Shown here piece by piece: positions 44,201 to 56,630 of a stretch of DNA of 64,000 nucleotides (within the stretch, counting starts at the first letter, position 1; each line of letters starts with the position of its first letter). This DNA comes from the human T2T-CHM13v2.0 reference genome, Homo sapiens, in NCBI RefSeq assembly GCF_009914755.1, contig NC_060927.1; one strand, given 5' to 3'. The notes under the pieces are model-generated. The model searched no databases. It was not told the origin of the DNA and was given only the letters and a program-made list of their open reading frames with translations. Made by a program: the position numbers and the translations under genes.

Positions 44201-45234
44201 TGCTTATGAGCCTATTCAAAGTATTCTTCTTCTCTGTTACTATGATTTTCATTTCTAGCATTTTCATTTTATTTTCATAAGACAGAATGAGAAATATTCT
44301 CATATGACAGTCTCTATATCTTTGAGATCATGCAAATTTTCTTCCTTTTTCACTAGAGCCTTAAACATTAATCATAGTTATTTTAAATTCCCTATCTGAT
44401 CAATCCAACATCTGTCTTATTTCTGAGTCTATTTCTGTTTGTTGCTTTGTCTCTTGACAGTGTGTTGTTATTTTTACTTCTTGGTATGCCAGGTAAGTTT
44501 TTGTTAAAAGCCAGACATATTATATAGGATAATAAAGATAGGCTAATATATTTCACACCTGTAAATGAACATGCCTTTTCTTTTGTTAGGCCTTTAGTGT
44601 GGGGTGTTTGTGTCAATCTTGTCAGAAGTTGGCCTTGATTTGAATTTTTTGTTGTTGTTGTTGCTGTGATTCCCCTTAGTGCACCACAGATTTCAAATAT
44701 CTCTAATGTTACTTTGTCTTTGTGGTGAGGAGTGGTTTTCCAAAAGGACTTTCTCAGTATTTGCTCCACCCTCAGATTTAGATCTTCTTTTTGTGCCTGT
44801 ACCACAGAGACAACTTCTTTTTTTGTCTGTCTCCCAAATTTTGCACTGTTGGTGGGAATGTAAATTAGTTTTGTGGTTGAACTTGATTGCTGTTACTTTT
44901 TACTTGATGCTTTTGAGGCAGAGAGACATTTTCTGCTGTTACCTTCAGTTTTAGAGAGGCAGTGTGGCTGTGAGTCTCCGAAGCAGGCTGTTTCAGTGAT
45001 CCTGCCTCTCCCCGGGACTAAAATCACTTCTTATTCTTTTCCCCTACCTATGATGAGTTATCACTGGTGCCCTAAGAGCCACAAGACTCACTGTTATTTT
45101 CCTGGGGCTGAAGACCTTTATTCCAAAGGGACAATCCGGGAGAAGTATATGGGCAGGGCATTAAGCCTTTCCCAGAGCTGCTGCTGTTCCGCTCCTGAAG
45201 CCTGCACCACAACAGATACTTTATCAGTACTCTT

Positions 45235-46613
45235 TTTTGCTTTTTATTTTATTCTATTTTACTTTAAGTTCCAGGATACATGTGCAGAACATGCAGGTTT
45301 GTTACACAGGTATATGTGTGCCCTGGTGGTTTGCTGCACCTATCAACCCGTTGTCTAGTTTTAAGCCCCACATACATTAGCTATTTGTCCTGATGGTCTC
45401 CCTCCCTTTGCCCCCATCCCCCAACAGGCTCAGATGTATGTTGTGCTTCTCCCTGTGTCCATGTGATCTCATTGTTAAAACTCCCACTTATAAGTGAGAA
45501 CATGCAGTGTTTGGTTTTCTGTTCCTGTGTTAGTTTGCTGAGGATGATGGCTTCCAGCTTCATCCATGTCACTGCAAAGGACATGACCTCATTCCTTTTT
45601 ATGGCTGCATAGTATTCCATGGTGTACATGTACCACATTTTCTTTATCCAGTCTATTATTGATGGACATTTGGGTTGGTTCCATGTCTTTGCTATTGAAA
45701 AATAGTGCTGCAGTAAACATACAGGTACATGTGTCTTTATAGTAGAATGATTTATATTCCTTTGGATATATATCCAGTAATGAGATTATTGGATCAAATG
45801 GTATTTCTGGTTCTAGATCCTTGAGGAATCACCACACTGTCTTCCACAATGGCTGAACTAATTTACATTCCCAACAACAGTGTAAAAATGTTCCTATTTC
45901 TCCACAGCCTGGCCAGCATATATTGTTTCTTGACTTTTTAATAATCGCCATTCTGACTGTCATGAGATGGCATCTCATTGTGATTTTGATTTGCATTTAT
46001 CTAATGATCAGTGTCATTGAGCTTTTTTTCATGTTTGTTGACTACATAAATGTCTTCTTTTGAGAAGTGTCTGTTCATATCCTTTGCCCACTTTTTGATA
46101 AAGTTGTTTGGTTTTTTCTTATAAATTTGTTAAGTTCCTCTAGATTCTGGATGTTAGACGTTTGTCAGATGGATAGATTGCAAAAATTTTCTCCCTTTCT
46201 GTAGGTTGCCTGTTCACTCTGATGATAGTTTATTTTGCTGTGGAGAAGCTCTTTAGTTTAATTAGATCTCATTTGTCAATGTTAGCTTTTGTTGCAGTTG
46301 CTTTTGGCATTTTCCTCATGAAATCTTTGCCCATGCCTATGTCCTGAATGGTATTGTGTAAGTTTTCTTCTAGGGCTTTTATGGTTTTGGGTTTTATATT
46401 TAAGTATTTAATCCATCTTGAATTAATTTTTGTGTAAGATGTGAGGAAGGGGTCCAGTTTCAGTTTTCTGCATATGGCTAGCCAGTTTTCCCAGCACCAT
46501 TTATTAAATAAGGAACCCTTTCCCCATTGCTTGTTTTTGTCAGGTTTGTTGAAGATCAGATGGTTGTAGATGTGTGGTGTAAATTCTGAGGTCTCTGCTC
46601 TGTTCCATTGGTC
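45235..46613 (-). mobile_element. L1PA7/8-type 3' ~1.4 kb, 5'-truncated
   Basis: High similarity to the primate L1 3' end (ORF 45381-45638 is L1-derived); exact TSD TATCAGTACTCTT at 45222-45234 and 46614-46626. Confidence 0.95.
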
Positions 46614-46906
46614 TATCAGTACTCTTATTCTGCCTCAGGTCTTTCGTGTGAGCATCTGCTGAGATCTGAGGAAAAGAGTATAAATTAAATTCCGCTTCTA
46701 TCTGCACTGCCCAAAGATTCTGTGTTTTAATACTACCCTACAACTAGTCTCTTGCAACTGGTTAATAACTGTAGTTTTTTTTTTCTGTTACCAATAGTAT
46801 GGCATTCAGAGGCCTTAAGGCAGTAAGGCATCTGCCTTAGTGTTCTGCAAGTGTTCACATCCTGTCTCTCCTCAGAGGCATCTATCTTTCCTTAGATTTC
46901 AGGTTA

Positions 46907-47292
46907 CAGTAGTTTCCCCAACTCCCACTTATCAGTAGTTTTGCCTTCTGCAGTCTCAGTTACCCATGGTCAACCACAGTCCAAAAATAGGTGACTACAT
47001 TACAATAGTCATGTAGAGACTATTGTCTCTCTACAAAGAGAGAGAAAGAGAGAGAGAGAGAGAGGGAGACCACATACATGTAACTTTTATTACAGGATAT
47101 TGCTATAATTGTTCTACGTTATTATTAGTTATTGCTATTAATCTTTTTTGTGTCTAATTTATAAATTATACTTTATCATAAGTATGTATGTATAGGAAAA
47201 AACAGTATGTATAGGGGTTAGGTTGTATCCACAGTTTCAGTATCTACTGGTGGTCTTGGAAGGTATCTTCCACGGATAAAAGGACACTACGG
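46907..47292 (+). mobile_element. MER44A-type (Tigger-derived MITE), full length
   Basis: CAGTAGT...TCAGTTACCCATGGTCAACCACAGTCCAAAAATAGG...GAGACCACAT...GGATAAAAGGACACTACGG, flanked by TA dinucleotides. Confidence 0.88.
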
Positions 47293-47440
47293 TAGTTGGT
47301 TGTTCTGCAGCCTCAGTTCTCTATGGATTCAAAACCAGTTTTAGATTTGCACACTGTCTGGCTTGTTTTAAATTATTGTATGGGTGGGAGTGGTGCTCCT
47401 TTCATTTTCTCCATCTTGTACAGAAGCCATAATTATTTTC

Positions 47441-47630
47441 AATTCTATATAATTTTTGATTGAATGAAAAATACCATAATTTTTTTGTTCTATTAGTAGA
47501 CATTTGAATTATTTATGGTTAGGTTCATGACAACAAGGAATGCTTCTATGAGCACATGTCTTTTGGTGTACATATATAAAATATTTCTCAAGGGTATAGA
47601 TGTAGGAATGGAATTCATTAATTGTAGGAG
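47441..47630 (-). mobile_element. L1ME-type fragment, apparent continuation of the fragment ending near 39980
   Basis: ATACCATAATTT...GACATTTGAATTA...ATGCTTCTATGAGC...TGTCTTTTGGTGTACATAT...AGGAATGGAATT. Confidence 0.6.
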
Positions 47631-47925
47631 AATACATACGACACACACACATGTATGAGTTATAGGGTATATATATATGTGCATATAATGATTTCAGTAA
47701 ATTATTGATATAAAAATTTTCAATGAAGTATAACTCATAGAAAAGTGTACCTATCTTAAGTGGCCATAGGATATCATTTAGACTGTAACATAAGAGAACT
47801 ATAGATATTCACATCCCCAAGCATTAACTGAGAACCTGTTATACAGTGGGCATTTAGGAAATGAAAAGTGAAGGAAAAGTTACTGACCTTAGGGGTCTTG
47901 AAAGCGAGAAAATGATTAAGTGCTG

Positions 47926-47928
<3 letters not shown>

Positions 47929-47965
<37 letters not shown>

Positions 47966-47966
47966 C
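47929..47966. repeat. (CA)n microsatellite
   Basis: CA run with one CG interruption. Confidence 0.95.
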
Positions 47967-48179
47967 GCTCAAAGAGTAGGGAGAGAAAAATTATGATTGG
48001 GGAAATCAATAAAAGCATATTGGAGAAGACATCATTTGATATTAACCTTTAAGTATAGCAGTGTAGATAGTGCGTAAGAATTGGATTATAGAACTTAGTC
48101 ATTATGTTAGGAAAGAAACCTATGGCCTTGTTTTATAGCAATTACTGGGGATATCCAGGTCTTTTGCACTGGAAGAAAT

Positions 48180-48310
48180 AATCTTAGAACCATTTATTAA
48201 GGACAGACCCTTACAGATCATGGGGTCCAAAACTGTCTTGGGGTCGAAAACTTTCTCATCTTATAGATGAGGAAACTGAGGCTTAGGGAAGGGAAGGGAC
48301 TTGCCTGGGG
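48180..48310 (-). mobile_element. MIR fragment
   Basis: TTATAGATGAGGAAACTGAGGCTTAGGGAAGGGAAGGGACTTGCC. Confidence 0.8.
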
Positions 48311-48383
48311 TAAATTTTTGCTAGTAAATGTACTTAATGAGATCTCTCAGTTACACTGAAACGTTTGAGTATTGGAACATTGT

Positions 48384-48559
48384 GCTTTTGTTGTTTTCTT
48401 TTTCTTTAAATCCTTAAAAAAGTTGTGGATACATAGTAGATGTATATATTTATGGGGTACATAAGATGTTTTGATATAGACATGCAATGCATAATAATCA
48501 CATCACGGAGAATGGGGTATCCATCTCCCTTCAAGCATTTGTCCTTTGTGTTGCAGATC
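48384..48559 (-). mobile_element. Very short L1MA-type 3' end insertion
   Basis: TACATAGTAGATGTATATATTTATGGGGTACAT...AATAATCACATCACGGAGAATGGGGTATCCATC; degenerate TSD ATTGGAACATTGT / ATTAGAATATTGT. Confidence 0.88.
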
Positions 48560-49333
48560 ATTAGAATATTGTCTTCATCATTCTTTTATTCCCCACCAAA
48601 GTTTTTGTAAGGTAGTAAGAGGATCTTTGTGGAAAGAATTCTTATTCCCTTACGTTCCTCCTGGTCTGTTCCTAGGTCAAGGTTGAGTACGTTTATAGAT
48701 ATTCTATAAATATATTTTATTTTCAACATTAAGTGTAGTTCATATAGTTGATGATCTAAGCAATAAGAAATAAAGTAAAATCTGGATAATTTTGGTTACT
48801 CTGCTTTTCCTCTGTGTGTTTCAACTACAAAATTCCTCACTACAATGCTCCCCAATTCCTTTTATTGGTGCTTGCAGTGCCAGTGGGCAAACTGAATTCT
48901 TCATGCAACCAAAGAATTCCAAAAACGTATTTCTTGCAGCTAGCATAAATCTGCAGTTCCACAATGGTAGCAGTGGTGGATTTTACCCAATGTTTTAATG
49001 ATGAATGTAATCAGAACATAAAAAGATCTAAATGCATACTTTGAAGGAATTTGCAAAAATGACTAGAAGAACTGAAAAAAGCACAATTCAGTTTGTTTCT
49101 TTAGCATCTGTGTTTATCTTTCCCCTTCTCTTGTGCATATTGAGGATGTTTTAAAGATTATATTTTTAAAACCAAATAAATAGTTTCCAAAATGTTCACT
49201 GATGGGGTAAATTAGCGTTCTCTTTGTAGATGTAATTATTAAATAAATTCAAAGGACTAACCCTAGAATGACATTTTTCCCTCATTCCTGGGTAATTTTT
49301 GAGATTTCCCCTCATGCCCAGGAGCTAATTATA

Positions 49334-49366
<33 letters not shown>

Positions 49367-50358
49367 GCTGCAGCTTTCTGTATGTGTGTGTGTGTATTAT
49401 ATCTAAGAAATTTTACTCCAAACATCTAACATTCTGGGTACGGGTTTGATTTGGGGAAAAAATTACACTTTTTTTTTTATCCTTTAGCTTTTCTCCTTAA
49501 AAAGTATCAGTGAGGGCAGGGAAAGGGAAGGAGAATGGACCCAAACTAATAAAAGGATTGATCAGTGATTATGAACAAAATATAGCTTCTGTATTTCCAC
49601 TCACTCAGTATGAAGTTTGCTATTATTTTCCCCAATTCCTGGAGCCAGTTATTGCAGCAAATTTAGCATTTGGAGCTTATAGACTCATGCTAGACAGACA
49701 CATATAGAATTTACGAATCGAATTAGAAAAATGGTCTTTGAATAATATAAATTGTACTCCATGTATATTTTTATATATGAATGAACCTACTGGACTCCAG
49801 TGAGATTAGCAAATACCTTAGCTATTTCATTGCAATAAAAACCATTTTTCAGTCACTCATGTCCCTCTGGGTTCTTCAGTGATATTATTTGATGTATGCT
49901 TTATTCTGTGCCATTTATTGTACTGAGTATTTTGCATGAATGATCTTATGTAATCATCAGTAATCTGTTAAATCAGTATCATTATTATTCTTGTTTCATT
50001 GATATTGAAATATAAAAGTAGGTTATCATAAATTAAAAGGCTACGGGTAGTGATAAAATTTTATTCCAGGTAGTATCTCCAGAATATGAATTCTTAATCA
50101 CTACTCGTGTTTATTCATTCCACATGTCACTGAATGCCTACTATGTCTAGCAAAGTTCTAGATTCTCTTGTAGTTGCATTACTCAGTTATTGGCTAGATA
50201 ACCCTAAACACTGCAGAAAGCTGCACTCTGCCCCCTTGGGATTGCCTGGCTCCATAAGATTATTACCGTTGCTGAGTTTGGGGACCCACTTGAGCAAATC
50301 TAGCATACTTAAAAGGAAGTTTTTATTCTGGAGAAGTTTTGTTAACAAAACATCTATT

Positions 50359-50702
<344 letters not shown>

Positions 50703-51454
50703 CGTCTATTTAGCATCTGTCCCAGGCAGTGCTTCTCAATAGCATGTTAATAGATGCTAAAGGACCTTTAGTTAGGAGGTCAACTGGTCTACCTCTGTCA
50801 CTTAGTAGACAAGAAGGTTGCCCTAAAATATACACTAAGACAGTATGCATTACAAAAAAGCCACAGTAAGGACATAGCTTAGGAGAAATGTTATGATCTC
50901 TCTTCACCAGTCTCCTTATATGACACTGGTTCAATTCAGAAGTAGAGGTGAAGATAGTTAATATCCTAGGAATAAATGTTAAATCTCCCTTCCCCTTTCC
51001 TCACAGTATTATAGTCAGTTCTCATAAGGAAATGGCCCTAAGTTACAACATTAAGCTTTTCTATTCACTTCTAATAACTGAAATTCCGCCCAACTGCCTC
51101 CTCACTTGAATTCCATGTACTTTTTTTCCAAATAAATTAAATGACTTTCTCTAAGTCAAATGCTATTAAAATTCTTGTTGTTCCTCAAACTCTGCTTTCT
51201 TGTAGTATCAGGTTTATTGTGACTTGAATGAGACTTATTTGTAAATGGATGTATTTTCCATTCCATCTTGCTCTTGCATACACACACATACACTGAAATT
51301 CAGACTTTTCTGCTAGCTCTTAGAAAACAAAAGCAATGTGTGATTCATGTGTCACCCACTGTGGGAAGTTGGATGTTGCATTGCATTTGTCTCTCAGTCT
51401 TAAAAGTCAATATGGCAAAGTCATTAGCGGCAGAGCCCAGAAGATATCCCTGCC

Positions 51455-51650
51455 CATGAGCTGTGGAGATCTGGACAAGTTACTTTACCCAACTCCAAGA
51501 CTCAGTGAATGCTCTTATCCGTAAAATGGGGACAATGATAATATGTCTTCCTCCCTTTGGGTATTTGATGATTAAATGAGAAAACACGTCAAACAGTCAA
51601 TTCAGTGCTTCGTGCACAATAAAAGCTTAATAAATACTAGTTATGATTAT
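51455..51650 (+). mobile_element. MIR fragment
   Basis: GGACAAGTTACTTTACC...CTTATCCGTAAAATGGGGACAATGATAAT...GATTAAATGAGA...TTAATAAATACTAG. Confidence 0.8.
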
Positions 51651-52701
51651 GTTTAGCCAACATGTGTTGGCATCTGACACTAAATAAATACTTGTCCAAT
51701 GGAAATGACCAGAATTTAGTGCCCCTAACACTTCACTGTAGTATTTGCCATATGGATAAGCAATCTTTATTATGCTATTTGGATTTAGTTCCAAAGCTAA
51801 CCCCACCTCCTTATATTGAAGCCAGCTCCTAGGCCACCTGGATAACTTTTCTGGCATTTCAATGAACACACCAATACAATACAAGCATAATTAGACTTTC
51901 TGGATTTTAGATCTATTCTCAAGTATATATTGTATAGAGAACCAAGATGTTCAAGGACTGTAGAGCCAGTTATAGGTTTGGTTTTAAAGCACTTCATCTT
52001 AGACTCATTTCCTTTCTGGCTGATGTTAGTTAAAATAATATAAGCCTGGGCTTAAGATTGTATCTCTGAGTGAGACAAAATAATAGATGATTCTATCTCC
52101 CTTTAGAAAAAAAAGAAAAAAAAAAAGCAGCAGCAGCAGTAATTGACTCTTACGCTTAGGCAAGAACTCCACAATGGATTTGTTGGGGAAAAAAAAAATG
52201 TTTTCCTGCTTGTATGTGTTGGTTTAGATTTTCTGTTGTATGTGTGTTGTGAAAGAAGACTTTGGATAATTATTGCGATTTTCCAAGCAGCTGGTCTTCC
52301 AATGGCATTGTTACAGGGTCAGTCTATTTTCCTTTAATCTGACCATAATGTCATAGAACACTGGCTGTTTCTTTGGCAACTGTTCAGGGAAGACTAGCTG
52401 TTTTCTCTACCTCAAGCCAATGGTGGACTGCAGGCAGGTTCTCCTGCAAGCCACAGGGAAGCAGTTTTCATTACTGGGGTCTTTGTATCAACAAATCACT
52501 TATTTCACTGTGATTCTGTTGAGACAGGATCCGAAAGTAAATTTCATAAGAAAAAAATGATTATACATCAAGCTCAGGTGACTTTAAAATTTTTTCTTTA
52601 CATTGAGTAAAGTTTCTGGCCACTTTTGACCTTTTTTTTCAAATGACATTATTGATATGAAATCAGAAACTATAACTGATAAACTACAAACTGCTGTATA
52701 G

Positions 52702-53072
<371 letters not shown>

Positions 53073-54996
53073 TGAATGATTCCTTCTCATCTTCTGGGAG
53101 GTTTTTCTGACTTGCTTTCTCAATTCCACTCTCTTAGGCAGAGCTTATACCTCCCTTCATGTATGTTACATGTACATGTATTGAGTCAGTGCATCCTCCT
53201 AATGAAACTTTTCCTGAGATCTCTCTTATTTACTTTCTTCCTTTTCTGAAATTCTCTGCTATTTAGATTCAGTGCCAAAGAAATTGACATTTTTATTTAC
53301 TTGCTGAGGAATAAACAGAACTCGAAAGGATTTGGGAACCCAAGACCAAGTTTTATGAAATAACTAATCTTGTCTTCCTAAATACTATAAAAATCTTATA
53401 TAATCCCTAATACTTAGCATAGTGCTAAGCACCGAATAGGAATACAAGAAATATTGCAATGATCTGAATTGCTTACAAAATATTGACAACAACTTCTTCA
53501 TTGGTAAAGAAAAGCTGCTTTTGACCTTTTTTTCTTCCTCAAGAGTAAGTAGTGAGAAGCATAAAGTACCCAAGAGTTTCTTTGCCTTTTTGATTGTTGC
53601 ATGGAAACAAGTATTTGCAAATAATTAAGATGGGAAAATTTGGCTCCTTGAAAAGGCAGGACTGCTTTCAGATATATTTGAAATGAACTTATACAGAAGC
53701 CAACATGGTTATCAGAGCAATTGGGTCTATTTCCTATCATCTCTTCATGATATCTTGTAAAAATGCCCTGTGTTGAGAGCACTGGTGATCATAGCAGTGG
53801 GGTTGGAGTAGAATCTGGTGCGTTTCTTCCTCTACAGATCTCCTAATAGCACTTGCCCTGTTTTCACAGAGCCTTATCAAAGTTTGATGTAGACTCCAGT
53901 GTGTAGTAGTGGGCAGTGACCTACCAGATGACCTCTTTGAACAAGAGCTAGTTTGAGCCAGTGTATAGCTCTGAATCGATGGAAGATCCATTTTCAAATT
54001 TCAAAAGGGCTGTTAAAACACTTAGTTCTGTATTATAGAGATACACAAATGGATATAACAAACTGGATGTCTCTTCTGCAGCTGTTTCAATTCGTATGCC
54101 ATGTTTTCTATCCTTCTTGCTCCTGGCAATTTTCTTTCCTGAAGCATATCACACCTTCTTACATTTGACAAGCATTTTCACAGCTACTGCCACTCCCTGC
54201 TGCCAAACAAAACCCAGCCCTGTTTGAATTCTTGAGGGCTGAGGGATGGAGAGGAGACCTGTTTGACTTTGAAATGGTTTTAACGTCACTTTGTATACAG
54301 AACAAAAATGGAAAACCAGATCCTGTGTTTGTCTAAAAACTAAAATTTCAAAACCTAACCTGAGGTGGAGAAACAGATACTACAGGGCAAGGAAATGTCT
54401 GGGCTCACCGCAAAGGAATGCAGCAAGGGAACCACCTGCAGACACCTGTTTAAGAGTTTACGTTTTTGTTCTTCCACACGATTATTATCTTAGTATCTCA
54501 ACTGGCTATACATGCTTTTAGGAAAGTTGCAGGGATCATATTCTAAGGCGTATCAAATATGTTCAGAGTGCAAGCATGAGCAGAATCTCTCCTCTCTGCT
54601 AGTGAGGTCCTGTAGGTCTACAAGTTACTAACTTCAGGCTTACAGAATGTTAGAAGTAACGGGTGCATATCCTGTAATCAATCCCGGTATTGAGCAAACA
54701 GGCACAAATGACACCCAGCAAGAAAAATGACTTGCTCAAGACACCACAGCAAGTTCATGGTTTTCTGAACTGAATTCCAAGTTTCATAACTTCTAATTAA
54801 TCCTCCTTTTTTTCCCCCAGTACAGCTAATATGCTTTTTGTGAATAATAACATATAATAGGTGTAATCTGTCAGAACTATTTAATAGTTGATAGTATGTA
54901 TCCTCAGTTTATTGAGGTTCAAGCTCTTCTGAGTATTATAATACTTTCTATTGGTATTTTCTCTCTTGAGCTATTCCCTACCTTGAATCTTTCAGA

Positions 54997-55069
54997 CTAG
55001 AGATTTCAGAAGATTACGTAGTGTCTGTGACTTCAACTACACATGGATAGTCCACAGGACTCTGGACTT
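54997..55069. repeat. Copy 1 of a 73-bp dispersed direct repeat
   Basis: 67/73 identical, ungapped, to 56558-56630. Confidence 0.92.
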
Positions 55070-55189
55070 TCACGGTTCCATGTCAGTTGGACAGGTGTTA
55101 CTCTAAGGCCCTGCAAAAATATAAAGTAGTTTGAGAATCACTCTCCTGTTAATCTTCAGTAAAATTCTGAGCTATTTATATGTGAGATT

Positions 55190-55400
55190 GAGAGGCAGCT
55201 TGGTAGGATGGAAAGAGTTTAGACTTTGTAGTTCTACTGCCCCAGGTTTGTATCCCAGCTTTATTTCCTAACAGTGTAGCCTTGGGCAAATTGCTTAACC
55301 TCTCCGAGGCTCAGTTTCTTCAAATAAAAAAATGGAATAAGCCTTCCCTTGCAGAGTTGTTAATATTATATGAACGTTATATATGTGAAGTGCCCAACTC
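55190..55400 (+). mobile_element. MIR, near full length
   Basis: CCTTGGGCAAATTGCTTAACCTCTCCGAGGCTCAGTTTCTTCA. Confidence 0.85.
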
Positions 55401-55597
55401 CTTGCAAATACCTAATATACACCAGCTTCCTTCCCAGGCTTTTGCTGGTCAGATCTGGTTTCCACTTAACTTTAGCTGTTGGAAGATAAGATAATTTATT
55501 ATGAAGATAATTGTCTGGTAATTGTCATGAGAATTCAGTTGATGATAATTGAATGATTTGTTTACCTTTCTGTCTAAAGAGTTGCAACTCATGGGGG

Positions 55598-55599
<2 letters not shown>

Positions 55600-55635
<36 letters not shown>
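55600..55635. repeat. (GT)n microsatellite
   Basis: About 18 GT units. Confidence 0.97.
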
Positions 55636-55639
<4 letters not shown>

Positions 55640-55714
55640 TACAATGTTTTTGCCATCTCTTCCTGTATGACAGTATTTGATTAGTCAGGTCTTAAAATGC
55701 TAAACACTTTATCC

Positions 55715-55945
55715 TTTTCTTTTAATTTCAATTTTAGATTTTGGGGGTACATATGCAGGTTCGTTACAAGATTGTATTGTGTGATGCTGAAGTTTGGGCT
55801 TCTATCGATCCCATCATCCACACTGTGAACATAATACCTGACAGGAAGTGTCTCAGCCCTTTCTCCCCCTCCTTCCTTCCTTCCTTTTGGATTCCCAAGT
55901 GTCTGTTATTCCCATCTTTACATCCATGTGTACCCAAGTTTTCGC
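55715..55945 (-). mobile_element. L1PA16/L1PB-type 3' end fragment
   Basis: GGGGGTACATATGCAGGTTCGTTACA...TGTGATGCTGAAGTTTGGG...CCCATCTTTACATCCATGTGTACCCAA. Confidence 0.85.
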
Positions 55946-55964
55946 TATAAAGAAAAAAAAAACC

Positions 55965-56420
55965 CTGAATACCTATTGCATGCCTCACTGTAGAGGCTAC
56001 AGGATTCACAAAACAAGGCCCCATACCCTGGGCATTGATAAAAGGAAGGAAAAATGTAGCTTTCAAAAAAATGAAAATTGACTTTGTTGAAGGGTATTGT
56101 AATAGAATCATAAAACTGAGTGAGGAAGGAATGTATTCTAACTACACAATTAGGGAATACTTTGTGGAGGAGGTGGGTTCTGGATTTTGAAGACGGAGTA
56201 TGATCTTTGACAGATGGTGTTCGGTGGGAATGAGGAAAAAGAAAGGTGAGCTTCAGCCAGGGATTGGAGGTGGAAAAAATGAACACATGGGTGGCGATGA
56301 TTCAGGCAGAGGGGCAGGAATGTGAAGGAACTAAGACATAAAAGTAGAAAGACAGTTTAGGCCTGGTTTATGAGGGGGTCTTTGAATGGCAAACTCACCT
56401 TTGGTGGTCCACGGGAAGGT
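55965..56420 (-). mobile_element. L2 fragment
   Basis: CTGAATACCTATTGCATGCC...ACAAAACAAGGCCCCATACCCT...TTTGTGGAGGAGGTGG. Confidence 0.55.
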
Positions 56421-56557
56421 TTGTTAGAACTGCAGGAGTGTGCCCAAACCTATATGTCAAGCCACTAACTGCCAGCCATCAGTTTGAAAACCGAAGCAAT
56501 TAAGATCGCTGTCCATCTTACCTGAAAGGGAAGCTTTGCACTCTAACTTGAAGTAGC

Positions 56558-56630
56558 CTAGAAATTTCAGAAGGTTACATAGTGTCTGTGACTTCAGCTA
56601 CACATGGATAATCCACAAGACTCTGGACTT
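56558..56630. repeat. Copy 2 of the 73-bp dispersed direct repeat
   Basis: 67/73 identical, ungapped, to 54997-55069. Confidence 0.92.

Larger units (their letters stand above)
39981..47425 (-). mobile_element. Large old L1M element (5' UTR, ORF1 region, most of ORF2), host to three nested insertions
   Basis: Long T-rich antisense ORF2 (CCAGCACCATTTGTTG, CCTTGCATTCCCAAGATAAACCCCACTTGG, CCAGTGAAGCCATCTGG); ORF1-region motif TTTCTGACAAGAAGTCTGCTG; right end reads CTTCTGTACAAGATGGAG on the minus strand, like an L1M 5' start. Confidence 0.8.

Noticed and set aside
44392-45638. ORFs of 85-161 aa
   Set aside because: Fragments of decayed L1 5' region and L1PA 3' end; no intact ORF1 or ORF2
50221-50245. 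Possible CTCF site (minus strand TCCCAAGGGGGCAG)
   Set aside because: Mismatches in the 5' part of the core; unsupported without ChIP data
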